Shown here in pieces: positions 35,643-45,710 of a stretch of 64,000 nucleotides of DNA. A program made the position numbers and the translations under genes. The notes under the pieces were generated by a model. That model did no database searches and was not told the origin of the DNA. It was given only the letters and a program-made list of their open reading frames with translations. The stretch comes from an archaeon (GTDB lineage Archaea; Aenigmatarchaeota; Aenigmatarchaeia; CG10238-14; SCSR01): contig DATEAB010000045.1 of assembly GCA_035288545.1 (NCBI GenBank), positions 1,329 to 65,328 on the forward strand, given 5' to 3'. How positions within the stretch are numbered: position 1 is the stretch's first letter; each line of letters starts with the position of its first letter.

Positions 35643-38600
35643 AAGTTAATAAAATTATTGCTAATAGAATTATTCTTCTTGCTGCAGTCTTCATCTCATT
35701 TTCATTAATGGGAATTTTTGTTAGTTTAATTCTCTTTGCCGAACCTGCTAAAGCAGAAGTAAGAGTTTGGAGATACAATGCTACTAATGCAAGTCTTTTT
35801 TCCGTGTTTAATAAAAGTGATGATGACACGACAACTCCACCTGCTTGGACTTCAGGATGGGACGGATCAAACGTTAGTGCTAGTTATTATGCAAACGTTT
35901 TAGGTGCTCAAGGCACTGGTATTAACGTTACTTCAGGTGGTCAGAATGACGAACCTTGGGTGAGATTTAATGTAACTATCATTCAAAACAAGTCGCAAAT
36001 TGTTTGGGTGCATGTCTCATTGACGCAGAGGAAAAATTCTTTGGCAGATGGAGGCGAAGATTGCACTTATATTATGGCTAATTATACTTCCTCTGGAGGT
36101 ACGGGACAGTGGTTTAAATTTGCCTCCGATGTCACAGGCATAACAGATACACAAAGATCCTTTAATCTTTCACGTCTGACTGACTCTGATCAGTTTGAAA
36201 ATATTACGGATGGTTATGCAACAGGAAAAAATCTACAAGTCGGTAATCTTGTAATAAGAGCAAACGGTATTAATGAAGATGCTGATGAAGGATGTGTTGT
36301 TACAAACGCTAGCGTACATGTTGGATATGACGACACTGCGCCGATATGGAGCAATGCAACGAACAATTTCACGTACGCCTATCCGAGCATAAAAACTGTT
36401 GCTGCCATGAGAGGTGAACTTATTAACATTTCTGCAAACGTGACCGATAACTACGGCGTGTTTACAGCATGGCTTTTGACAAACGAAACTGGTGGAGACA
36501 GAAACTACACGTACGACCAGCTTGCAAATTCTTCAAACTACACGATAAGAATTTTGGGTGGAGGGTCGATAATAGACCAAGCTCATAACACAACTACTGA
36601 AGGTGCGATGGTTAACTGGACTTGGCAAAACATGACAGGCGCCCCACGTGCAATCAAATGGCATATTTTTGTTAACGACACAGCAAACAACACGAACGGA
36701 ACTACTAACGGCGCGAGCGGAATCGCCGATATAGGAAACTTCACGATGTGGGGATGGGCAAACGTTACTCCTCCTAACTGGCTAAGTTCACAAATGGTGC
36801 CTGCGTCTGCAACTCCAGGCAATGTAGTTTACATACAAGTCAATGTGAGTGACGTGAACTTGACATGGCTAGAGCCAATAAATAGTTACAACGTAACTTT
36901 CTTTTACCGCCAAGAACCAGGAAATTATGTTTCACTTGGAGCCAACTGGACAAATTCTTCAGGAATTGCTGGATTTTACTGGGACACTACTGGCTTGTCA
37001 GGTGGAAGATATTTCCCTATGGCAAACATAACTCACAATGCAACTCTTTTCTACAACACAACTTATGTTCACAATAGCACAAACGGGACTATCGATCTTG
37101 CGGCAGCAGCTGTTGTTAACTACGGTAATGGTACGCTTCAAGTAGGCGTCAGCTCGAGTACAGATAGAGCACAAACTGTGAAAAGAGCACCGATCATCAA
37201 TCTTGTACAGAATCCGATAACCGCCCAAATAGTTGGCCTTTTCAAGTCATTAACAAATGCAATAAACGCCCTGACAAGCATACCTGCAATTTTTGCGCCT
37301 CTAAGACTTTCAATCATATCACCAATTTTGTCCACTCCAATTTCTAACTTTTTCACACAAGTGAAATCAATAGCTCAAGCCATAACTTCAAATTTCGTTT
37401 CTTCAAATCTCGGATATATTTCAAGATCAATAGCAAACGCAATAACAACTTCTCCTTTAACTGCAAGAATAGTTTCCTTAATAAAAATTATAACATCTCC
37501 ATTTGTTTTTGCATTTCAAACCATTGCTGGAAAAGTTTTGCAATTTCAAACATCACTCACATTAAGCGTGACGTCAACCGCTTCAAGAATATTTACAGGA
37601 GTCAGACCGATATCGAATGCAATTACATTTTCTACAATAACTGCCAGAATAACGAATTTCGGCAGAAGCCTGATTAACGCGTTATCATTTAACACAATTG
37701 CAACAAGAACTGCATCGTTCTTCAGAACAATCTCTCAGCCATTTACATTTACTACTCAAGTAACGGGCGTGTTCGCGCAGGGCGTTCAAGTTATTAACAG
37801 AGCTGTGGAACTGGCACTTTCAATAACCAATACAGCAACAAGAATTTTCACAGCGGTAACATTTCCAACACAGCAGCTTTCTTTCACAACATTAGTGCAG
37901 AGAATAACATTGCTAAACAAAGCTTTAACCAACACACTTTCATTTAACGCTCTAGCAATTAGATCAGCAACGTTTCTAAGAATTGCATCTCAATCATCCA
38001 CCTTCTTAACAAACGTTACAACTGCAATAACTATACTCACGTCACGAGTTGCTACTTTAACGATTTCTATGATAAACACAGCAACAAGAATTTTCACAGC
38101 GGTAACATTTCCAACACAGCAGCTTTCTTTCACAACATTAGTGCAGAGAATAACATTGCTAAACAAAGCTTTAACTAACGCAATATCATTTAACACAATT
38201 TCTTCCAGAATTGCGATATTTTCTCGTCAAGTTTCCCAACCCTTTGTTTTCAGTTTCGATCTTTTCACTAGAGTAATTGTTGGAGGAATTGCAGAAAGAA
38301 CTGCTGCTTTGCAAATATCATTAAGTAATTCGGCATCAGCTGTTTTAACTGCAGCACGTTTTCCAACATCAGCAATAACTACAAACACAATAGTATTAAG
38401 AACGCAACTTCTTTTCAAAGCACTTTCACAAACTCTAAACTTCTCAACAATATCGGCAAGAATACTCTCAACAACGAGAACAGTCTTCACAAACTTAACA
38501 TTCTTAACTTCGAGCATTAGGACAAGAATAGTACCAAGAGTAACAACTGCAGCGATTACGTTCTCTAACGCAATTGAAAAATCATTATTATTTGTAAGAC

Positions 38601-40153
38601 CGATAACAGCGCAAATAACTTTTGCTCAAAATGCAATAAAGCAACTTTCCTTCTTTAGAACAATCACTCAAACTATTAATTTAAATGACTTGGTTATAAG
38701 AAGTCAGCCATTTTTGAGAATTGTCACAGGAACTTTCAGATTTAATTTCGGAGCAACTGCTGTAAATCAAACTGGAACCACCACTACCACAACATCCTCT
38801 GCTGGTCCAGGCCCAGCACCAAGTGCAGGCAGTGGAGCAGGCAGTGGAGCAGGCGGTGGTGCAGCCGCTGCCCCAGGAATTCCTATCTCGATACTAGCAC
38901 CACCACCGTCATTCATTCCAACCCCAACGGTTGCAATTGACTTTACACAAATAGAAGTGCTGCAGGAAGTAGTTCCGGATCAAGCTCAAAACATATCGTT
39001 TGAAATTAAGAACAAAGTCAACACGACTCTGGGCAATGTTACTGTCACTTTCAGTGGAGTGCCTGAAGATTGGATTAAAGAAAAACTTGTTGGCAAGAGT
39101 CTTAATCCAAATGAAAAAACAGAATTCGAAATCCCCGTATCGCCATCTCGAGGCACAGGGAGTGGGGATTATCGTGTGGATATTAGTGTAAAAGCCGGAG
39201 GAGTCGTCGATAAAGGATTTTTCATAATTCGTGTCAAACCTAACGCAGGAGAAACCAACGCACCTTCTGTGACAAGGTCAGTTGTGGTGAACAGTGAGGA
39301 GAAAAAGACAACCTTCACATTAAATGTTGTAAATGTGAAAGGAACAGACACAGTAGAAGTGCAAGAAGATATACCAAAAACAATTGCGAACAGCACAAAG
39401 GAAATATTTTTTGACACTCCGCCGACAAAGATAATAAAGGACGATCCGATTGTCGAATGGCAACTCAAAAATTTCAAGAAAGGAGAGAGCAGGATCATCA
39501 AATATTCTGTTCAAAAAATTTTGGTAGATTACGCCCCGTATGTTTACTTCCCATTGAAGCAATTTAGCATATCTTCCAAATCAACATTAGAAAACTTCAA
39601 GTTGCTACTGTTTGACATTCCACCCTTCTATTCGGGACATGCGTCAATTGTTACGTTAAGAATTGAAAACTCAGATTCAAAGTCCCACAACTTCAGCTTC
39701 GCAATGGGACTTCCGGAAAAATGGAGCGTACAGCCGCAGCAGATAAACGAAATTATTGGTGACAACGAGCAAAGGGAATACAAGCTCTCTGTTTATGCTC
39801 CTTCGAGCGAACCTTCTGGAATTCGCATCATTCAGGCTCAATATGCCTGGGATGATTCAGCTGTAATAAGAGAGTATAGTGTGATTGTTTCACAAATAAT
39901 TTCATTTGACACCATAATCTACATCACCATTGTAATAATTGTAGTATCGGCAGCATATTTTGCAATAAAATCCTATATATCTTATAGAGGAACTCCAATG
40001 GAAACCTTACGAAAACTGAGAGCAATAGTAAAAAGCAGGACACCGATTCATCTAGCGCCTCATGAGCATTCCAAACAATACAGTGGCATTTTTTACGACG
40101 CGCTGTATCATTCAAAACATCTGTCGAAAAACAAAAAGGAGAATAAGTTATGA
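35639..40153 (+). CDS. Giant cell-surface protein (1504 aa) with N-terminal signal/TM, N-glycosylation sequon-rich ectodomain, internal tandem repeats, Gly/Ala/Pro linker and C-terminal TM anchor
   Basis: N-terminus MKVNKIIANRIILLAAVFISFSLMGIFVSLILFAEPAKA. Degenerate ~35-40-aa repeats span about aa 520-1010, including two exact 100-nt DNA copies. Linker GPGPAPSAGSGAGSGAGGGAAAAPG. C-terminal TM IIYITIVIIVVSAAYFAIKSYI. Confidence 0.6.
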   Translation: MKVNKIIANRIILLAAVFISFSLMGIFVSLILFAEPAKAEVRVWRYNATNASLFSVFNKSDDDTTTPPAWTSGWDGSNVSASYYANVLGAQGTGINVTSGGQNDEPWVRFNVTIIQNKSQIVWVHVSLTQRKNSLADGGEDCTYIMANYTSSGGTGQWFKFASDVTGITDTQRSFNLSRLTDSDQFENITDGYATGKNLQVGNLVIRANGINEDADEGCVVTNASVHVGYDDTAPIWSNATNNFTYAYPSIKTVAAMRGELINISANVTDNYGVFTAWLLTNETGGDRNYTYDQLANSSNYTIRILGGGSIIDQAHNTTTEGAMVNWTWQNMTGAPRAIKWHIFVNDTANNTNGTTNGASGIADIGNFTMWGWANVTPPNWLSSQMVPASATPGNVVYIQVNVSDVNLTWLEPINSYNVTFFYRQEPGNYVSLGANWTNSSGIAGFYWDTTGLSGGRYFPMANITHNATLFYNTTYVHNSTNGTIDLAAAAVVNYGNGTLQVGVSSSTDRAQTVKRAPIINLVQNPITAQIVGLFKSLTNAINALTSIPAIFAPLRLSIISPILSTPISNFFTQVKSIAQAITSNFVSSNLGYISRSIANAITTSPLTARIVSLIKIITSPFVFAFQTIAGKVLQFQTSLTLSVTSTASRIFTGVRPISNAITFSTITARITNFGRSLINALSFNTIATRTASFFRTISQPFTFTTQVTGVFAQGVQVINRAVELALSITNTATRIFTAVTFPTQQLSFTTLVQRITLLNKALTNTLSFNALAIRSATFLRIASQSSTFLTNVTTAITILTSRVATLTISMINTATRIFTAVTFPTQQLSFTTLVQRITLLNKALTNAISFNTISSRIAIFSRQVSQPFVFSFDLFTRVIVGGIAERTAALQISLSNSASAVLTAARFPTSAITTNTIVLRTQLLFKALSQTLNFSTISARILSTTRTVFTNLTFLTSSIRTRIVPRVTTAAITFSNAIEKSLLFVRPITAQITFAQNAIKQLSFFRTITQTINLNDLVIRSQPFLRIVTGTFRFNFGATAVNQTGTTTTTTSSAGPGPAPSAGSGAGSGAGGGAAAAPGIPISILAPPPSFIPTPTVAIDFTQIEVLQEVVPDQAQNISFEIKNKVNTTLGNVTVTFSGVPEDWIKEKLVGKSLNPNEKTEFEIPVSPSRGTGSGDYRVDISVKAGGVVDKGFFIIRVKPNAGETNAPSVTRSVVVNSEEKKTTFTLNVVNVKGTDTVEVQEDIPKTIANSTKEIFFDTPPTKIIKDDPIVEWQLKNFKKGESRIIKYSVQKILVDYAPYVYFPLKQFSISSKSTLENFKLLLFDIPPFYSGHASIVTLRIENSDSKSHNFSFAMGLPEKWSVQPQQINEIIGDNEQREYKLSVYAPSSEPSGIRIIQAQYAWDDSAVIREYSVIVSQIISFDTIIYITIVIIVVSAAYFAIKSYISYRGTPMETLRKLRAIVKSRTPIHLAPHEHSKQYSGIFYDALYHSKHLSKNKKENKL
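37200..38700 (+). repeat. Intragenic tandem repeat array (degenerate ~105-125-nt units; two 100-nt copies identical at 37829 and 38078)
   Basis: The string aatacagcaacaagaattttcacagcggtaacatttccaacacagcagctttctttcacaacattagtgcagagaataacattgctaaacaaagctttaac occurs twice, 249 nt apart. Flanking units share the protein pattern ...T(A/I)(T/S)RI..F.R.(I/V)SQPF.F... Confidence 0.7.
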
Positions 40154-41400
40154 GAGCTAGAAGTATTGCAATAATTTCGTTGATTTTAATTGCAATTTTG
40201 GTTTCAGCACTTTCAGATGTGTTTACTGTAAGCGCGCAAGAGAAGCTAGCCGAAATTTACACTTTAGCCTACGAGCCAGAAAAACCGGTCGTTCTTGAAA
40301 GTATTCAGTTTACAGTTGGGGTGAAGAACAATGAAAATCAATTACGAAATTACAGACTGGAACTCATAATAACGAAAGATGGAATATTCAAGGATTCGCA
40401 AGAGTTCACATTTAATTTGAAACCTGAATCAAGTACAGCATTTTCTCCAAACTATATTCCTGACGACATAAATGATTTTGATCTTATCACAAAACTTTAT
40501 GACGCAACCACTTCTCAACTTTTAGATTTGAAAACTTTGAAATTCAGAGTGGTTAGCGAAATAGGGCCATTTGATTTGGAAGTAAACGTTCCGTCTAAAT
40601 TTATAAAAGCAAACTCCATTGCACCGGTAATTCTAACTCTTTCAAATAAGGGAATCAATGGAACAGATATAAACGTCGAGATTGAATTGAAATGTGTTAA
40701 TCAAAGCAATATTAGAAGTTCATTCTTTTTCTTCATTCCAACGACCTCTGTGGAAACAAAAATAACTCCCATTCAAACTTGTGATGAGGAAGGTCCACAC
40801 GAAATATCTGCGAGCATAATACTTTTCAACAAGACATGGATATCTTCGGCCAATCAATTTTTCCTTAATAAAACTTATCAGGAACTTCTTTTTGATGTTC
40901 CAACTAAGATTAACATTAATGCCGGTGAGTCAAAAATATTCGACGTGCAAATTCGCAACACGGGAACGACCACTCTTCATAACCTAAGACTTCTCGTTTC
41001 AATAATCTCAAATAACTGGATAAAAATTTCTCCGCAAGCAGTCACCCAGTTGAATCCCGGAGAATTTTCAATATTTGTCGTAAACATAACAGTGCCAAAA
41101 GATGCATCATCACAAGAATTTCCAGTTGGAATAGCAGCGGCCGCCGACGAGTTGCTGACAAGAAAGGAGACAACTTTTAATGTGGCGGCTCTATCGGCCC
41201 TCCCGCAGATATTAAATATTTCTAGTAAAGAAACTATTCCAAAAATTGTTCTGCCAAGAATTTTAACCGATAATGCAACTTACATTCTTATCGCAGTTTT
41301 AATTTTGGTTGGCATTTTTGCATTAATAAAAACGATCGAGGTACAGCGTAGAAGCAGAAGGGAGGAAGTCGTTAGAAAGTTGAAGGATCTGATTGGTTAG
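40150..41400 (+). CDS. Secreted protein with C-terminal TM anchor (hypothetical cell-surface protein)
   Basis: 416 aa. Signal MRARSIAIISLILIAILVSALS, C-terminal TM YILIAVLILVGIFALI, then a basic tail. 4-nt overlap with the giant gene. Confidence 0.45.
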   Translation: MRARSIAIISLILIAILVSALSDVFTVSAQEKLAEIYTLAYEPEKPVVLESIQFTVGVKNNENQLRNYRLELIITKDGIFKDSQEFTFNLKPESSTAFSPNYIPDDINDFDLITKLYDATTSQLLDLKTLKFRVVSEIGPFDLEVNVPSKFIKANSIAPVILTLSNKGINGTDINVEIELKCVNQSNIRSSFFFFIPTTSVETKITPIQTCDEEGPHEISASIILFNKTWISSANQFFLNKTYQELLFDVPTKININAGESKIFDVQIRNTGTTTLHNLRLLVSIISNNWIKISPQAVTQLNPGEFSIFVVNITVPKDASSQEFPVGIAAAADELLTRKETTFNVAALSALPQILNISSKETIPKIVLPRILTDNATYILIAVLILVGIFALIKTIEVQRRSRREEVVRKLKDLIG

Positions 41401-41511
41401 TCGATTAGCTGATCAGTTGCTTGATTAGCTGATCGATTAGTTGAATTTAATTGCAGCAAAACAAAATTTAATTATGAAAAGTTTGCAGGAAAAGAAACGG
41501 GGGTAGGATGA

Positions 41512-42537
41512 GTGGGAAAGGTAATCGGAGTTTTTTCAGGAAAAGGTGGAGTTGGAAAGACGACACTCGTTGCTAATTTGGCAACTTCTCTGACGAAGAA
41601 CTTTAATAAGAAAGTCGTTGTCGTTGACAGTAATTTTTCGACAAGCCATCTCGGATTGCATTTTGGTTTGTATGAAGAGCCGAAAGTAACTCTCAGGGAC
41701 GTTATTCTTGAAAATGAGTCGTTGGTTTCAGCATTTTACATTCATCCATCCACAGGAGTGCGATTGATTCCCGCGCCCATCAGTGGTAGTCTTGACGAAG
41801 TAGTCGTGAATGGACTCGCAAATGTGGTCGAACAGCTCAAAGAAGACAACGACATTGTTATTCTTGATGCTGCGCCAGGATTAGGAAGAGAAGTTATTAC
41901 TACGATGAAATCGATTGATGAAGCCTTGATTATTGCGACTCCTGATATTCCTTCCATCACGGATGCACTCAAAACAACAAATCTAATAAAAAAAGTTAAC
42001 GACAAAATAAATATTTCTGGTGTGATAGTGAATAGAGTCAGAAATGAAAAGTATGAGCTGACGAGAAAGGAAATAGAATCTGCGTGCAATACAAATGTTG
42101 TAACTCACATACCAGAAGATTCAAAAGTTCCTGAGTCGATTGCAAAAGGGGTACCACTTATAGAGCTCCATCCCTATTCAAAAGCGAGTGTTGCTTTTGG
42201 CAGACTCGCAGCAGCAATGGTTGGTCAGACTTATGAGCCCAGAAGTTTTGTTTACGCTTTAATGAAACTTTTAGGAATTGTAAAAGAAGGGTATGTTAAG
42301 ATACCGCCGAGAATTGAAAGGCAACAGAGAGTAAAGAAAGTGCGATTGAAAAAAGACGAAGAAGAGAAACAAACAAAACAACAAAAAGAAAAAGGAAAAG
42401 GGAGAGAAAAGGAAGATGAAATGGAAGACGTAAAAAAATTACATGAAGAAGTTGAAGAATCAATAAAGAGTGACATAAAGAAAAGATTAGCGATGAAGAT
42501 AAAAGAAAAATTGAAGGAAAAGGGAGTTGGGGAATGA
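41512..42537 (+). CDS. MinD/ParA-family ATPase (TadZ/CpaE-like) with K/E-rich C-terminal tail
   Basis: GTG start 8 nt after GGGGGTAGGA. Deviant Walker A GKGGVGKTT at residues 10-18. ...IVILDAAPGLG is the Walker B region. Last ~70 aa are K/E-rich and low-complexity. Confidence 0.7.
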   Translation: MGKVIGVFSGKGGVGKTTLVANLATSLTKNFNKKVVVVDSNFSTSHLGLHFGLYEEPKVTLRDVILENESLVSAFYIHPSTGVRLIPAPISGSLDEVVVNGLANVVEQLKEDNDIVILDAAPGLGREVITTMKSIDEALIIATPDIPSITDALKTTNLIKKVNDKINISGVIVNRVRNEKYELTRKEIESACNTNVVTHIPEDSKVPESIAKGVPLIELHPYSKASVAFGRLAAAMVGQTYEPRSFVYALMKLLGIVKEGYVKIPPRIERQQRVKKVRLKKDEEEKQTKQQKEKGKGREKEDEMEDVKKLHEEVEESIKSDIKKRLAMKIKEKLKEKGVGE

Positions 42538-42927
42538 ATGACGCTTAAACAATCTGAGAAGGATGAACTTATAGAAGAACTTTTGGATGCAGTCGCCGAG
42601 CAGGTTTCCGATTTGCTTGCAAGCTCTAGCTCAGTAAAAATTAGGGGAATAAATTCTTATACTGATAAATATCTCGACAATATAATCGAAATTAAACAGA
42701 GAATTTCTGCACTAGAGACGAAAACAGAAAAAAGACTTGAAGACTTTGAAATAATTGTTAACGATTTGGAGAAACAACTTAATGAAAAGTTTCATTCGGT
42801 ACATAACGAAAGCGAGCAAGAGTACTTCAGACTCACAGATCAAATAGCGAATTTACGTGCGGCGGCCATAAAGTTAAGCAATGAGATAAAGGAAATAAAA
42901 ATTCAACTCGCTCTGCGAAGGACTTAA
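42538..42927 (+). CDS. Coiled-coil protein (hypothetical)
   Basis: 129 aa, heptad-rich (LEKQLNEK..., IKEIKIQL). Begins 1 nt after the stop of the ATPase gene. Confidence 0.35.
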   Translation: MTLKQSEKDELIEELLDAVAEQVSDLLASSSSVKIRGINSYTDKYLDNIIEIKQRISALETKTEKRLEDFEIIVNDLEKQLNEKFHSVHNESEQEYFRLTDQIANLRAAAIKLSNEIKEIKIQLALRRT

Positions 42928-42969
42928 TAAAATATTTTTACTTTATAATGCAAAACTAATTCTAATATT

Positions 42970-43377
42970 ATGAAAATTGAGAAGGCGCAAGCAGCTCTTG
43001 AATACTTGATGATAACTTCGATCGCGCTCGCAGTAATAATTCCAGTTTTTTACTACTCCTTCTTCTACTCCAGCGGTTCTGTGAATTATTCCCAGGCTCT
43101 GGACGCTGTCAACGCGATTGGAAAAGGAGCTGATTACGTTTATTCACTTGGCGTCGGGAGCAGGACAAGAATCTTGGTTTCAATCCCCAGCAACGTGATT
43201 AATTACACAATTTCAACCAAAGCTATTACATATCAAATACGCTCATCATCGGGCGCAACTTCATCGATCACAGCATTCACAAAGGCAAACATAACTGGAA
43301 CCCTTCCAACAAATCCAGGCAATTATTACATTTCCCTAAACATGACAGAACAAGGTGTTGTAATATCAGTGTCGTGA
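42970..43377 (+). CDS. Type IV pilin-like protein with class III signal peptide
   Basis: MKIEKAQAALEYLMITSIALAVIIPVFYY: basic N-region, A-Q, conserved E at +5, then a hydrophobic helix. This is the archaeal prepilin peptidase substrate pattern (QxALEYLM). Confidence 0.6.
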   Translation: MKIEKAQAALEYLMITSIALAVIIPVFYYSFFYSSGSVNYSQALDAVNAIGKGADYVYSLGVGSRTRILVSIPSNVINYTISTKAITYQIRSSSGATSSITAFTKANITGTLPTNPGNYYISLNMTEQGVVISVS

Positions 43378-43799
43378 GAAAGTTGAAGGCACAGGTAGGA
43401 GTCGAGACACTCTTTATTATTGGTTTTTTATTCATCATTCTAGTGGCAGCACTTTACATTTATTTCAGCAGAAGTTCGTCAATCGCTAACACAGAAGTAA
43501 TTCTCTCAGCAAGAAAAATTTGCAATGAATTCCAAACAAGCATAAATCAAGCAGCGTCAAGCAGCTTCGGTTTTCGAACGAAAGTTATTCTGCCAGATAA
43601 AATATTTTCAAACTCTTTGAACGTGACGGTTGACGCACAAAACAAAATAATATTTTTGAATTTGAGCTCAACTCTCTTGCTTTGTCCGTTGTCCTTTCAA
43701 AATATAACAAACGGCAACTCGTCATTCTTTTCCATACCTTCTGGCAATATTACAATTAGGACAAATGAGAGCGGGGTAGTCATCATTGAAAAAATGTGA
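43374..43799 (+). CDS. Type IV pilin-like protein with class III signal peptide
   Basis: MRKLKAQVGVETLFIIGFLFIILVAALYIYF. 4-nt overlap with the upstream pilin. Confidence 0.5.
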   Translation: MRKLKAQVGVETLFIIGFLFIILVAALYIYFSRSSSIANTEVILSARKICNEFQTSINQAASSSFGFRTKVILPDKIFSNSLNVTVDAQNKIIFLNLSSTLLLCPLSFQNITNGNSSFFSIPSGNITIRTNESGVVIIEKM

Positions 43800-44298
43800 A
43801 ATGAAATTTGAAGTCAAGAAATGTAAAGGACAAATAACGTCGACTGAATTCTTGATAGTTTCTGTAGTTCTTGTCATTCTTTTCACTTTTGCAACAAACT
43901 TTTGGAACATTGTGGCCTTCAGATTCGGCGAGAAGAGCTTCAGAAGCGGTTTGGAGCTCACCGCCCTGGACATTTCGGACATCCTCATCAACACACCTGG
44001 AACACCCGGCAACTGGCAGGACGACACTTCGAAAATATTTTCGCTTGGGATTTCGGACTCGACTCATGTCATGAATGAAAAGAAACTCATTGCATTTACA
44101 AACCTTAACTACACTCAAGCAAAAAAGGCTTTAGGCGTTCCAGCATACGACTACAAATTTAGGATTAGAACACTCAACGGGACTGTGATTTACCAGTCTG
44201 GGCTAGACCCTTCTGCAACAAGCCAAATTGTTGTCATCACTCGTTTCGTACTTTTGAAAAATGATATCATGAAAATGGAGTTTGGTGTTTGGTCGTGA
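43786..44298 (+). CDS. Type IV pilin-like protein with class III signal peptide
   Basis: ...KKCKGQITSTEFLIVSVVLVILFTFA (KGQ..E then hydrophobic). Overlaps the upstream gene. Confidence 0.5.
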   Translation: MKKCEMKFEVKKCKGQITSTEFLIVSVVLVILFTFATNFWNIVAFRFGEKSFRSGLELTALDISDILINTPGTPGNWQDDTSKIFSLGISDSTHVMNEKKLIAFTNLNYTQAKKALGVPAYDYKFRIRTLNGTVIYQSGLDPSATSQIVVITRFVLLKNDIMKMEFGVWS

Positions 44299-44747
44299 AA
44301 ATATTCAAAAATGAAAAAGGATTTTTCTTTGCTGTTGATTCGCTAATTGCTGTAGTGATAGCTTTCATCTTTATTGTTGGAGTTGTCTTTTTTGTTAATC
44401 GCGCTTCGGAAGACAAGTTTGCTAACTTGTATCTTGAGAAAGTTGCTAATGACATTCTTTTTGTGATGAATAAAAACGAAACACTGCAGAGTTTGGACAA
44501 CAATAAGATTCAAGGAGTTCTTGCAGGAGTTCTGCCGAAAAATCTAGCTGCTAACCTAAACGTAACTACTTTCAAATGCACCGACCAGAGCTGCAATACT
44601 TTCACGTACAACAACAACATAAACATTCTAACTCCTGCGAATGCTGTTGAAAGCGATGCAGTGATTGCGCGGACAGGTTTTGTGACTTTCAAAGCAGGTA
44701 AGATAGATCTTTTTGCAACTGCCGAGCTCAGGATTTGGTTGATATGA
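44289..44747 (+). CDS. Type IV pilin-like protein with class III signal peptide
   Basis: ...KNEKGFFFAVDSLIAVVIAFIFIVGVVFF. Overlaps the upstream gene. Confidence 0.45.
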   Translation: MVVKIFKNEKGFFFAVDSLIAVVIAFIFIVGVVFFVNRASEDKFANLYLEKVANDILFVMNKNETLQSLDNNKIQGVLAGVLPKNLAANLNVTTFKCTDQSCNTFTYNNNINILTPANAVESDAVIARTGFVTFKAGKIDLFATAELRIWLI

Positions 44748-45685
44748 GTGCGATTAAACTGAAGGCAAAAGGTGTTGTGTCTTCGCTCATAGTTCTGTTA
44801 AGTTTTGTCACAATTTTATCGCTTGCAATTGTTTTTTCCAACAGGAGCAGCGAGACTTCTGATATAGTTGCAAAGGGCGTCATTTCCGACAGGATTTTCT
44901 ACAAATATTCTGCATTGCAGGAGGCATTGCTGAAAATACTAAAAGGAGTTGCTGCTGATTTCGGCGGAATAAATGTCTCGACTCAGGAAAACGGTTTTAA
45001 CATCGTGACAATTGATGAAGTTCTGCCAAGAGTAACGTCTAGTTTCAAGACAGAAGCTGACAAGTTTGAAAGATTCGCAGAACAAAAAATGAATGAGACA
45101 AATCTTTTTGTCGACCTAAGCGTTACTAATTTCATCTGCGGCGCACTGACGATCAATCCGTACGGAATGAATTACACTCATTATCCTTCAGACTGTTCCA
45201 ATCAGCCAGCACAGACAAGAATTGTTTCAGACCCTGGCAATAGTTGGAATTATCTTAACAGTTATGAGTTAGTTTTTCGTCCTAATGGAGCAATTGCAAA
45301 CGCAAATCTAGTTGGATGGAACGGTCCTGGCTGCGACAAGGGAAATTTGAAACTGAATATAACAATTATTGGCACAGACACCACTTTCGGGCCGGTCGTG
45401 ACGACGACAGATCCTGCGAAAATGTGCAGATACAACGCAGATAACCTAAACTGTCCGGGAGGACTCGGCTTTATCCATGTGATTCACAACCAAAACTCCG
45501 GTGACAATGACAAAGGAGTGCTGGACGTTCAGGTACAGACTAATTGCAACGTCACGACAAGAGTCAGAATCAATTTGACAGACATTCCTGGCAAGCTCGA
45601 AGTTGTTTTTCCGGACAATCAAGCAATAAAGGTAAAAGAAACGCTATATGAAATAGAGAAGAACAGTTCGATTAGAATTTCATAA
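44735..45685 (+). CDS. Larger pilin-like protein (minor pilin or tip candidate)
   Basis: 316 aa. ...KLKAKGVVSSLIVLLSFVTILSLAIVF N-terminus. Cys- and Asn-rich C-terminal domain. Confidence 0.45.
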   Translation: MVDMSAIKLKAKGVVSSLIVLLSFVTILSLAIVFSNRSSETSDIVAKGVISDRIFYKYSALQEALLKILKGVAADFGGINVSTQENGFNIVTIDEVLPRVTSSFKTEADKFERFAEQKMNETNLFVDLSVTNFICGALTINPYGMNYTHYPSDCSNQPAQTRIVSDPGNSWNYLNSYELVFRPNGAIANANLVGWNGPGCDKGNLKLNITIIGTDTTFGPVVTTTDPAKMCRYNADNLNCPGGLGFIHVIHNQNSGDNDKGVLDVQVQTNCNVTTRVRINLTDIPGKLEVVFPDNQAIKVKETLYEIEKNSSIRIS

Positions 45686-45710
45686 AAGGAGAAAATAGAA
45701 AGGGATTGAA

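Noticed and set aside
26902-40153. Both giant surface proteins being exactly 1504 aa
   Set aside because: The two share no detectable sequence similarity (different N-termini, repeat content and C-terminal topology). Equal length is taken as coincidence, not duplication.
41401-41460. Short direct repeats (gattagctgatc / ttgattag) in the intergenic region before the MinD-like gene
   Set aside because: Only 2-3 imperfect short copies. More likely a low-complexity promoter or spacer than a defined repeat element.
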